Origin: Flavobacteriales bacterium
Lineage (GTDB): Bacteria > Bacteroidota > Bacteroidia > Flavobacteriales_F > PHOS-HE28
Assembly: GCA_017987895.1 (NCBI GenBank)
Contig: JAGNSU010000001.1
Location: 48,606 to 112,605 of the forward strand
Direction: 5' to 3'
DNA: 64,000 bases
The notes below the pieces were generated by a model. The model was not told the DNA's origin, did not search any database, and worked only from the letters and a program-made list of their open reading frames with translations. Shown piece after piece: positions 55,469-64,000 of the stretch (the first letter of the stretch is position 1; every line of letters starts with the position of its first letter). Both the position numbers and the translations under genes were made by a program.

Positions 55469-56605
55469 ATGTTGCGTTGCTTTGCAATCGTGCTCTTCTC
55501 CCGCATCATCGGACAAACGGCGCTGAAAGCGCGACTTATCGGCAACATACGCGAGGGCCGTGTCCCGCATGCACAGTTCTTCCTGGGCCCGCGCGGCAGC
55601 GGCAACCTGGCGCTGGCGCTGGCCTATGCCCGTTACTTGCTCTGCGAAGCACCGGGTGTGGCCGATAGCTGCGGCGAGTGTCCGGCCTGCAAGCAAATGG
55701 ACAAGCTGGCACACCCGGACCTGCACCTGAGCTTCCCGATCTACTTGAGCGAGAAAGTGAAGACCTGCGATACGTTCACTGCGGATTGGCGCGCACTTGT
55801 CCTGAAGGAACCGTTCCTGGACGCGGCCATTTGGCGGGACCAGCTGGAAGGGGAGAACAAGCAGCTACGGATGGGTGTCAACATCGCGGCCGACATTACG
55901 CGCAAACTCAGCCTCAAAGCGTACTCCGGAGGTTGGAAGGTGATGTTGGTGTGGCTTCCTGAAATGATGGACGCCCCCGCAGCGAACAAACTGCTCAAGG
56001 TCCTGGAGGAACCAGAACCCCGAACGCTCTTCTTGCTCGTAGGGACCGAAGCCGACCAATTGCTCCCCACCATACTCAGTCGCACCCAGCTTGTGAAGGT
56101 GCCGGCCCTGGCGGAGGCCGATGTGGAACAGGCGCTTCTTGCGCGGTACGATGACCTGAAACCGGAGGATGCGCGCGCGTGCGCGGTACGCAGCGGGGGT
56201 GACCTGCTTGAGGCGGTCGCCATGGCCGAAAAGAGCGAGGAGGAGCTCTTCGTGCTCTTCCGGGATTGGTTGCGCGCTTGCTACGGGCTGCGCGTGCATG
56301 AGGCCGCCGAGTTCTCGGAGCACTTCGCCAAAATGGGTCGCGAGCGCCAGAAGAGCCTGATGCGCTACGGCCTCCATTTGATCCGCATGAGCCTATTGCA
56401 GGCCGAACGCGTGCCACAGTTGGTGCGTGCCGTAGGGCAGGAGCAGGATTTTGTGCAGAAGTTCGGTGCGTTATTGAACGAACGGCGAGTGGCCGGCTTG
56501 CGCGAAGAACTGGAAACGGCCCATGTGCATCTGGAGCGCAACGCCAATCCGAAGGTGCTTTTCATGGATCTGAGCTACCGGGTGTACGGGCTGCTGCGGG
56601 CATAG
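55469..56605 (+). CDS. holB: DNA polymerase III subunit delta-prime
   Basis: IIGQ...HAQFFLGPRGSGNLALALAYARYLLCE...CGECPACK zinc module...NKLLKVLEEP. The start is uncertain (ATG 55469); the ORF-track extension from 55010 is antisense to pgk. Confidence 0.85.
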   Translation: MLRCFAIVLFSRIIGQTALKARLIGNIREGRVPHAQFFLGPRGSGNLALALAYARYLLCEAPGVADSCGECPACKQMDKLAHPDLHLSFPIYLSEKVKTCDTFTADWRALVLKEPFLDAAIWRDQLEGENKQLRMGVNIAADITRKLSLKAYSGGWKVMLVWLPEMMDAPAANKLLKVLEEPEPRTLFLLVGTEADQLLPTILSRTQLVKVPALAEADVEQALLARYDDLKPEDARACAVRSGGDLLEAVAMAEKSEEELFVLFRDWLRACYGLRVHEAAEFSEHFAKMGRERQKSLMRYGLHLIRMSLLQAERVPQLVRAVGQEQDFVQKFGALLNERRVAGLREELETAHVHLERNANPKVLFMDLSYRVYGLLRA

Positions 56606-56652
56606 TCCTACCCGTATTTCGGGCCCCAGCGAGCCACCTATCTTCGCGCCCC

Positions 56653-57984
56653 ATGGGATGCGCGAGCTGTAGCAGCGGGAAGGACGGGAAACCGGCAGGG
56701 TGCAAGAGCAACGGCTATTGCAGCAGCAGCGGGTGCAACAAGCTCGGCGTGTTCGACTGGCTCACGGGGGTGCCGCTTCCCGGCGGCCAACAGGCCTTCG
56801 ACGCGGTGGAGGTGCGGTTCAAGAACACCCGCAAAGGGTTCTACCGATGCCCGCCCAGCCTGGGTCTTACCCAAGGCGATGCCGTCGTACTGGAGGCCAG
56901 CCCAGGATACGACGTGGGCGTGGTGAACCTCACGGGTGAACTGGTACGAGCTCAAATGTCCCGTAAGGAGAAGGAGCTGGATACCTTCGAATTGCGCAAA
57001 GTGCTCCGCAAGGCCACCCAGGAAGACCTGGACCGCTGGCATGCCGCACGGAAGCAGGAGGACGAGACGCTCTTCGCTTCGCGCGCCATCGCTCGCGAGG
57101 CGCGCCACGAGATGAAGGTCACGGACGTGGAATACCAAGGCGACGGTACCAAGGCCATTTTCTACTATGTGGCCGAGGAGCGAATTGATTTCCGTGACCT
57201 GGTGCGCAAGTTGTCGGACCGTTTCAAGGTGCGTGTGGAGATGAAACAGATCGGTGCACGGCAGGAGGCCGGGCGCATCGGCGGCATCGGTAGCTGTGGG
57301 CGCGAGTTGTGTTGCAGCACCTGGCTCACCGATTTCCGCAGTGTGACCACAAGCGCCGCCCGCTATCAGCAACTCGCTCTCAACCCGCAGAAGCTCGCGG
57401 GCCAATGCGGCAAGTTGAAATGCTGCCTCAACTATGAGCTCGATATGTATATCGAGGCCGTGAAGAGCTATCCTTCACCCAACGCCAAGCTGAAAACCAA
57501 GCAAGGGATCGGTGCGCATCTGAAGACGGACATCTTCTTGGAGAAGATGTGGTACGGGTTCAAGCGACCGGGAGAGCCGTTCGTGATGGCGGGATTCCCC
57601 ATTGACGTAGTACGTGATGTCCTCGCCAAGAACAAGGAGGGCATCGAGCCCGAAGTGGACCTGAACATGACGGACGAGCCGGTCAGTGCTGTCAAAGCGC
57701 CCGACTATGAGAACGTGGTGGGCCAGGACGACCTCACTCGCTTCGACCAAAAGAACAAAGGGGGCAAGCAACGTGGAGGGCGCAACGATCGGGACCGCAG
57801 GAACCGCGAACGGCCTCGTGGCGAAGGCGGAGCACCCGCCAAACCGCCCCCTGCAGCCGCTCCACAAAGCACCGGACAACCACCGCGTCAGGGTCGTGGC
57901 GATCGTCGCGGACGGGATGGACGGCGTGACCGGGGCCCACGGCCGGACCGACCTGCGCAACCCCCGCAACCGCCCCAGGCGTGA
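56653..57984 (+). CDS. PSP1 domain protein (RicT/YaaT-like) with Arg/Gly/Pro-rich C-terminal tail
   Basis: Cys-rich N-terminus and PSP1 C-terminal domain (GSCGRELCCSTWL...CGKLKCCLNYE). Confidence 0.85.
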   Translation: MGCASCSSGKDGKPAGCKSNGYCSSSGCNKLGVFDWLTGVPLPGGQQAFDAVEVRFKNTRKGFYRCPPSLGLTQGDAVVLEASPGYDVGVVNLTGELVRAQMSRKEKELDTFELRKVLRKATQEDLDRWHAARKQEDETLFASRAIAREARHEMKVTDVEYQGDGTKAIFYYVAEERIDFRDLVRKLSDRFKVRVEMKQIGARQEAGRIGGIGSCGRELCCSTWLTDFRSVTTSAARYQQLALNPQKLAGQCGKLKCCLNYELDMYIEAVKSYPSPNAKLKTKQGIGAHLKTDIFLEKMWYGFKRPGEPFVMAGFPIDVVRDVLAKNKEGIEPEVDLNMTDEPVSAVKAPDYENVVGQDDLTRFDQKNKGGKQRGGRNDRDRRNRERPRGEGGAPAKPPPAAAPQSTGQPPRQGRGDRRGRDGRRDRGPRPDRPAQPPQPPQA

Positions 57985-58478
57985 ACCGCTCGGCTCTAGT
58001 TCTTCTGCTCGCAGTTGCGCTCCTGGCGTGCGGTCGGCCGGAGATCTACCAAAGCGACGTGCCTTTACCAGAAAGCGGTTGGGTCCGAGGCCTACGGCCG
58101 ACGTTCTGTTTCGGGATCACCGACACGGTGACCCCGCACGATGTCTTCATCGATGTGCGCCACACGGGCGATTACGCCTACAGCGACCTCTATCTGTTCG
58201 TGGACATCATCGCCCCGGACGGGCGCATACTTCGCGATACGGTGGAATGCCTTCTGGCCGACCCCATGGGCCGCTGGTATGGGCGCGGTAGCGGCTTCGT
58301 CCTCGCCGATCGCTTCAAGGCGCACGTTCTGTACAAGTTGGGCAATAGGTTCCCGCGCACCGGCCGTTATTGCCTTCGCATGGAACAGGCCATGCGCACC
58401 GACACCCTGCATGATGTGTTGGATATCGGGATCAGTATCGCTCCTTCGCAAGCCGACCCGCCACCGACCCGCCGCTAA
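57981..58478 (+). CDS. gldH: gliding motility lipoprotein GldH
   Basis: Lipobox LLAC. The pattern F.F...D...DVFIDVRH...Y.YSDLYLFV...LLADP.G.W.G.G matches my memory of the GldH family. The GTG start overlaps the PSP1 stop. Confidence 0.75.
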   Translation: MNRSALVLLLAVALLACGRPEIYQSDVPLPESGWVRGLRPTFCFGITDTVTPHDVFIDVRHTGDYAYSDLYLFVDIIAPDGRILRDTVECLLADPMGRWYGRGSGFVLADRFKAHVLYKLGNRFPRTGRYCLRMEQAMRTDTLHDVLDIGISIAPSQADPPPTRR

Positions 58479-58490
58479 CTTCGGCCTCCG

Positions 58491-60872
58491 ATGAGTGCAT
58501 CTCCCGCCGCCCCGCGTCGCCGCCCGCTCCTCTGGCTCCTCTGGTTCGCGTTGCTCGGCCCGCTGCTGGCACTTGCCCTGGCGCTCTTCATTGCCGCCAC
58601 TGGCGACCTGCCGGGAACCAGTGACCTGGAGAACCCGCGCAGTGACCTGGCCACCGCCATACTCTTCAGCGACGGCAGCCTCATGGGCCAGTATTATCGC
58701 GAGAACCGGATCCCCGTGAAGTACGATCGGATCAGCCCGCATGTGGTGAACGCGCTGATCGCTACCGAGGACGAACGCTTCCGCGATCATAGTGGGATCG
58801 ACCTGCGCGGAACGCTCCGGGCGGCCGTGTACTTGGGCCGCAAGGGGGGCGCCAGCACGATCACCCAACAGTTGGCCAAGATGTTGTTCACGGAAAAGCC
58901 GGCCAGTTCCGTGCAACGCATCTTCCAGAAGCTACAGGAATGGATCATCGCCGTACGACTGGAAAGGCAGTACACCAAGGAGGAGATCATCGCCATGTAT
59001 CTGAACCGCTTCGATTGGATCAACCAGGCGGTGGGGATCCAAAGCGCGGCGCATGTGTACTTCAACACAAGCCCGGACAGTCTGCGCATCGAAGAAGCAG
59101 CACTGCTGGTGGGTATGTGTAAGAACCCCGCGCTGTTCAATCCCCTCCGCCGACCCGACACCACCGAGCACCGGCGCATGGTCGTGCTGGCACAGATGCA
59201 GCGCGCGGGCATGATCGACCGCGAACGATACGATTCACTGAAAGCACTTCCGCTCGGGCTGCGTTTCCAACGGATCGATCATACCGAAGGCCCTGCGCCC
59301 TACTTCCGCGAGGTGTTGCGCGCCAAGCTCACGGCCCTTTTCAATGAAAAGGACCCGGCCACGGGCAAGTACAGATTGGCCAAGGCCGACGGCAGCCCAT
59401 ACGATATTTATACCGATGGCCTCAGCATCCACACCACCGTGGATCCCCGCCTGCAGGCCTACGGTGAGTTCGCCGTGCAGGAACATCTGCGCAGCGAATT
59501 GCAGAAGGATCTCTTCAAGGACCTGGCGAAGAAGAAGAACAAACCCTTCGATTTCCGCGTGACCGAGGCGGAGATCCAGACCATCATGAGAACCGCGATG
59601 AAACGTAGTGTGCGTTACCGCGTCCTCGTCGGTAAGCAGTGCCCAGCGTGCGAGCGCCCAGCGCAATTCATCGAGGAGAGGATGCACGAGGGTACGCGCC
59701 AGCACCACTGCCGTGCCGACTTGGGCGGTTGTGACACGTTCTGGCCGGTGGTGAAGGAGAAGGACATCCCCCCCATTTTCGAGAAGCCAGTTCCCATGCG
59801 CCTTTTCAGTTGGCGCGGGGAGATCGATACGGTGATGAGCCCGATGGATTCGATCCGCTACTACAAGAGCTTCTTACAGAGCGGACTTTACAGCATCGAT
59901 CCGCGCACCGGCTTCGTGAAGGCCTGGGTGGGCGGCATCAACTTCAAGCACTTCCAGTACGATCATGTGGAGCAGGCACGTCGGCAGGTCGGTTCCACCT
60001 TCAAGCCCTTCATTTACGCCACGGCCATGCGCGAAGGACTGGCCCCTTGTTTCACACTGCCCAACCAGAAGGTGTGTTTCGATATGCCCGAGGGTCAGCC
60101 CGATTGGTGCCCGGAGAACAGCGATGCCAAATACGGCGGCATGATCACCCTGAAGCAGGCCCTGGCCGGATCCATCAACACCGCGACCGCCTGGCTGATG
60201 AAACAATACGGCCCATTGCCGGTCACCGTTCTGGCCAGGCACATGGGCGTAAAGAGCCCCTTGGACCCCGTTCCAAGCCTTTGCCTCGGGGTGGCCGACC
60301 TTACTCTCGAAGAGATGACCGGTGCGTTCGCCGCGTTCGCGAACCAAGGGGTCCACATCGAACCTATCCTTTTCACCCGGATCGAGGACAAGAACGGCAA
60401 CGCCATCTACGACGTGATGCCCAGCACCACCGAGGCGCTGGACGAGAACACGGCTTACATCATGCTGGACATGCTCAAGGGGGTGATGGACCGCGGCACC
60501 GGCCTGCGCCTTCGCGGAGGCGGGGGGGGGAACCGGGCCAAGTATGGGAACATCAAAGTGCCCACCGCAGGAAAAACAGGGACCACCCAGAACAACAGCG
60601 ACGGCTGGTTCATCGGGATCACGCCCGACTTGGTGACCGGAATCTGGACTGGTGCGGAGGACCGCAGCGTGCGCTTCGCCAGCACGGACAAGGGCCAGGG
60701 CGCGAACATGGCGTTGCCCATCTATGGTTACTACATGAACAAGGTTTACGCGGACAGCACCATCACCATCAGCACCGAGGATTTCGAACGCCCCAGTGGC
60801 TTCGACGCATCCGTGCTGGACTGCGGGAAAGAGCTCCCCATGCTACTAGAGGAAAGCCCGGAGTGGGAGTGA
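58491..60872 (+). CDS. mrcA: penicillin-binding protein 1A (bifunctional transglycosylase/transpeptidase)
   Basis: GT51 motifs EDERF and GASTITQQ. Transpeptidase motifs STFKP, SIN and KTGTT. Confidence 0.92.
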   Translation: MSASPAAPRRRPLLWLLWFALLGPLLALALALFIAATGDLPGTSDLENPRSDLATAILFSDGSLMGQYYRENRIPVKYDRISPHVVNALIATEDERFRDHSGIDLRGTLRAAVYLGRKGGASTITQQLAKMLFTEKPASSVQRIFQKLQEWIIAVRLERQYTKEEIIAMYLNRFDWINQAVGIQSAAHVYFNTSPDSLRIEEAALLVGMCKNPALFNPLRRPDTTEHRRMVVLAQMQRAGMIDRERYDSLKALPLGLRFQRIDHTEGPAPYFREVLRAKLTALFNEKDPATGKYRLAKADGSPYDIYTDGLSIHTTVDPRLQAYGEFAVQEHLRSELQKDLFKDLAKKKNKPFDFRVTEAEIQTIMRTAMKRSVRYRVLVGKQCPACERPAQFIEERMHEGTRQHHCRADLGGCDTFWPVVKEKDIPPIFEKPVPMRLFSWRGEIDTVMSPMDSIRYYKSFLQSGLYSIDPRTGFVKAWVGGINFKHFQYDHVEQARRQVGSTFKPFIYATAMREGLAPCFTLPNQKVCFDMPEGQPDWCPENSDAKYGGMITLKQALAGSINTATAWLMKQYGPLPVTVLARHMGVKSPLDPVPSLCLGVADLTLEEMTGAFAAFANQGVHIEPILFTRIEDKNGNAIYDVMPSTTEALDENTAYIMLDMLKGVMDRGTGLRLRGGGGGNRAKYGNIKVPTAGKTGTTQNNSDGWFIGITPDLVTGIWTGAEDRSVRFASTDKGQGANMALPIYGYYMNKVYADSTITISTEDFERPSGFDASVLDCGKELPMLLEESPEWE

Positions 60873-60911
60873 TACCGGGCCTATCTTCGCCAGCACCTCA
60901 AGGTATTCCAG

Positions 60912-61610
60912 ATGAATAAAGTGGTGGCCAACGCGGATGCGGCAACAAAGGGTATCGGCGATGGCATGACCCTCATGGTCGGTGGCTTCGGTCTTTGCGG
61001 AATACCGGAGAACAGCATCGCCGCCCTCGTCCGCATGGGTGTAAACGGCTTGACGTGCATAAGCAACAATGCCGGGGTGGATGACTTTGGCCTAGGGCTC
61101 TTGTTGCAGCGGAAGCAGATCAAGAAGATGATCAGCAGCTATGTCGGAGAGAACGAGGAGTTCGAACGCCAGATGCTGAGCGGTGAACTGGAAGTGGACC
61201 TGATCCCCCAGGGTACGTTAGCGGAACGTTGCAGGGCCGGTGGCTCGGGCATCCCCGCGTTCTTCACACCGGCAGGCTACGGTACCGAGGTGGCGCTTGG
61301 AAAGGAGGTGCGTGAGTTCCATGGAAAGATGTACGTGATGGAACAATGGCTGCGTGCCGACTTCAGCATTGTGAAGGCGTGGAAAGGAGATACGCTCGGG
61401 AACCTGGTCTACCGCCATACCGCCCGCAACTTCAATCCGATGATGGCCATGGCCGGTGGCATCACCATCGCAGAGGTGGAACACTTGGTACAGCCAGGTG
61501 AATTGGATCCGGACCAGGTCCACACACCCGGGATATTCGTCAATCGCATTTTTCAAGGGAGCGGATACGAAAAGCGTATTGAGCAGCGCACCACAAGGAA
61601 GCGCGGCTGA
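60912..61610 (+). CDS. scoA: 3-oxoacid CoA-transferase subunit A
   Basis: [10 protein letters not shown]...SNNAG...[16 protein letters not shown] motifs. 232 aa. Confidence 0.9.
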   Translation: MNKVVANADAATKGIGDGMTLMVGGFGLCGIPENSIAALVRMGVNGLTCISNNAGVDDFGLGLLLQRKQIKKMISSYVGENEEFERQMLSGELEVDLIPQGTLAERCRAGGSGIPAFFTPAGYGTEVALGKEVREFHGKMYVMEQWLRADFSIVKAWKGDTLGNLVYRHTARNFNPMMAMAGGITIAEVEHLVQPGELDPDQVHTPGIFVNRIFQGSGYEKRIEQRTTRKRG

Positions 61611-61639
61611 CGACGAGCAGGACGGGGGCCTGTGAACAA

Positions 61640-63403
61640 GTGTCCATGATCGGCAAGGACCATCGCTTTTTTGTTGCCCTTGTATCGTGCCTGTTCTGTT
61701 TTCTGATCGCCCGGGCGCTATGGGTCCCTTGGGTGCATGATGAATGCGCCTCGCTCCTTTGGTACGCAGAGCCAGGGGTGTTCCTGCCACCGCACGCCCA
61801 TGCCGACGCGAACAACCACATCCTGAGCTCGGCCCTTGGCGCCCTGTTCATCCGGCTGTTCGGGCTGTCTTTGTTGGTCTCGCGGCTTGGTAGCGTGCTG
61901 GCCTTCGCGCTCTATGCCTTCACGGTTTGGAGGCTCGGCGCCCGTATCCGGTCACGATCGCTGCGTTGGTGCGCATGGCCCCTCCTTCTCTTTTGTCCCT
62001 TTCTCTTCGAGTTCTTCGCTTTGTTCCGCGGATACGGGTTGGAACTCGCCTTCCTCGCGGTGGCCGTGAATGGCGGCTTGCGATGGGCCCGTACATTTTC
62101 GCTACCAGCGTTCGCGCAGTTGCTCGGTGGGGTCGCACTGGCCGATCTGAGTGTGCTGGCATTGGTGCCCTTGTGGGCGTTGTTGGTGGCTTTTTTGGCC
62201 GCGGTGCTTGTGTTCCGTCGCCAAGGGTTCCAGCGACGCGCGCTCGTTCTTCATTCCGCGCTTTGGTTCGTCTTGGGGCTGTTGCCGCTGCTTTGGGGCT
62301 TGGACCTGGCCTTCGATCTGCGCGCGAAAGGATTGCTGTACCATGGAAGCACCACCGGTCTTCTGCCGGTGACGATCGGCCCGCTGAGCAATTTGGTGGT
62401 CGGCGGAGATGGTCCACTGATCCGGTGGGCTGTGGTCCTCTTCTGCTTGTTCCCGCTCGGCACGACCATCGCGCTGAACGCGTGGAGGCGTCCGCTGGGG
62501 ATCGTGAGCGTGTTTTTTATGGCGGACGTGTTCATGCGTATTGCCCTCGCATGGTGTCTTGATGTGAACTATCCGGAGGACCGCGCCGCGTTGCACTTGC
62601 TTTGGTTGGTACTGTTCGCTGTGCCGTTGGCGTTGGATGAACTCTCCACGATCCGGCCCCGAGTACGCTGGTTGGGCCCGCTTCTGCTCTTGCTCCCGCT
62701 TCGCGCTCTCTTGTCGGCGAACGTGGACCATACGTCCCTATGGCCGGAACAATCCGCCCCCGAACGCTTCGTGGTACGCTTGGATGAAATGCAACGCAAG
62801 GCGGGCCGTTCGCTCGTGGTAGGTGCCTACCACCAGATGGAGCTTACGCTGCCATACATGGCACGTCACCTTGGGCGCACCCCGGTCCGGCCGCACGCGC
62901 AGGGATTTCCGGAAGGCACACACGACGTGCGCATCGCGGACGAGCGACACCTGGCCGCCGCATCCATAGGTTTTACGGAAGTGGATCACAGCCCTGGGAA
63001 CAGGTTGCATTTCCTGGTGCGGGGAACTCCGTTGCAGCGTTCATTGGTCCATGCCGATAGCACGCTCCGTATGGATCCGAACGATGAGTTCTTCCGGTTA
63101 TGGACGGGTGAGGCTTCGCACGATGTGATCTTGGTGGAGGTGCGCTGTTCCATTAATGCGCGAGCGGTATCCCCCGATCTATTGTTGGTGGCGTCCACCA
63201 AGGATGCGGAGGGGCATGATCTGGTCTACGACGCGGTGCGACCCTCCGCATTGGGCCGGATGAACACCGGGGAGCCCGCGACCTATTCGGCGCGTTTCGA
63301 GAGCATCCCTGGTGCCGCGCACTACGCACTGTACTTCTGGAACGCAACGGGACATCCCGTGGAGATCAGTGGCGTGGAGTTGCGGGTGTTCACGCTAAGG
63401 TGA
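61640..63403 (+). CDS. multi-pass membrane protein, GT-C-fold (ArnT/PMT-like) glycosyltransferase candidate with C-terminal soluble domain
   Basis: About 11 hydrophobic helices in the first ~380 aa, then a ~200-aa hydrophilic domain. The family assignment is inferred from architecture only. Confidence 0.55.
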   Translation: MSMIGKDHRFFVALVSCLFCFLIARALWVPWVHDECASLLWYAEPGVFLPPHAHADANNHILSSALGALFIRLFGLSLLVSRLGSVLAFALYAFTVWRLGARIRSRSLRWCAWPLLLFCPFLFEFFALFRGYGLELAFLAVAVNGGLRWARTFSLPAFAQLLGGVALADLSVLALVPLWALLVAFLAAVLVFRRQGFQRRALVLHSALWFVLGLLPLLWGLDLAFDLRAKGLLYHGSTTGLLPVTIGPLSNLVVGGDGPLIRWAVVLFCLFPLGTTIALNAWRRPLGIVSVFFMADVFMRIALAWCLDVNYPEDRAALHLLWLVLFAVPLALDELSTIRPRVRWLGPLLLLLPLRALLSANVDHTSLWPEQSAPERFVVRLDEMQRKAGRSLVVGAYHQMELTLPYMARHLGRTPVRPHAQGFPEGTHDVRIADERHLAAASIGFTEVDHSPGNRLHFLVRGTPLQRSLVHADSTLRMDPNDEFFRLWTGEASHDVILVEVRCSINARAVSPDLLLVASTKDAEGHDLVYDAVRPSALGRMNTGEPATYSARFESIPGAAHYALYFWNATGHPVEISGVELRVFTLR

Positions 63404-63416
63404 TCACGCAAGGAGC

Positions 63417-63977
63417 TCACCTGAGCGAATACAGCGCACAGACCCCATTGCTTTTTTCCTCCTGGTGCGTGGCATGCAAATGGGATCGCAACAAGTCCAA
63501 GGCTTGGCGTTGCGCATCGTTCTGCGGCGATCCGACCACGAGGATATGGTCCGCCCCGATAAGCAAGGCGCCGGGCACATTGCTCCAAGGCTCCAACAGA
63601 TCGAGCGGATGAGCAGGGGCGTTGGCGCGCGCTGCCATAGTGCCATCGGACCACCGCAGGGGGAAGTGGGGATTGATGAACTCGTAGTTGGAAAGGTCCA
63701 ATACCGCGCGATCCGCGAAGGCAAGCTCCGGCAGATGCGCGTCCAACCAATCGAAGCTGATGAACGCGACCGAACTCCCCGCGACCACACCGTTCGCAAT
63801 GGAATAGCACGCACTGAGGCGCTCGTTCTTCCGCCCCTGATCCCGTTGGCGGACGACCTGCTGAGAAACAAGGATCGCCAGCACGATGGGTGATGCCCAG
63901 GCCGCTCGCAGGCCTCGTTGGGGAAGCGCGATCAACCAGAACATGACGCACAAATGGGTCAGGATCGCCATTCGCAT
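63417..63977 (-). CDS. hypothetical membrane-anchored protein
   Basis: Of three overlapping minus-strand ORFs, this frame has high GC3 and two N-terminal hydrophobic segments. No family recognised. Confidence 0.45.
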   Translation of the reverse strand: MRMAILTHLCVMFWLIALPQRGLRAAWASPIVLAILVSQQVVRQRDQGRKNERLSACYSIANGVVAGSSVAFISFDWLDAHLPELAFADRAVLDLSNYEFINPHFPLRWSDGTMAARANAPAHPLDLLEPWSNVPGALLIGADHILVVGSPQNDAQRQALDLLRSHLHATHQEEKSNGVCALYSLR

Positions 63978-64000
63978 CAGTATATCGCTACCCTTGCCGT

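Overview
High-GC (about 60% by spot counts) chromosomal segment that looks like Bacteroidota. Supporting markers are gldH, four proteins with T9SS C-terminal sorting domains, an IPExxxVDY-family protein and TAnnTTTG-type promoter boxes. About 60 protein genes are mostly housekeeping: mnmG tail, ALDH7-type dehydrogenase, rpiB, rnr, prs-rplY-pth, ferritin, purN, acpP-fabF-rnc, pyk, pheS, pgk, holB, PSP1/ricT-gldH-PBP1A and scoA. There is one tRNA-Asn(GTT). Signalling and surface loci are a secreted MORN-repeat protein with a soluble multi-PAS HisKA_2 kinase and a LytTR regulator; a YfiR-like protein with a TPR-like protein and a HAMP-PP2C phosphatase; and an ECF sigma operon that ends in two Cys-rich PKD-repeat T9SS proteins, one with a ~790-bp in-frame super-repeat. 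The only clear accessory insertion is a 4,575-bp IS1595-family transposon (29735-34309). It has perfect 26-bp terminal inverted repeats and an 8-bp target-site duplication, and it sits in the divergent promoter region between the ECF sigma gene and a tandem pair of short SSB paralogues. Its cargo comprises three orphan proteins, an RHH ORF too short for the ORF track that is flanked by four GTATATAC palindromes, and a hairpin-dense GC-rich non-coding block. That cargo is the best candidate for something undescribed, but I cannot assign it a function from sequence alone. No CRISPR array, rRNA or prophage was seen. Many long ORFs in the track are antisense shadow ORFs typical of high-GC DNA.
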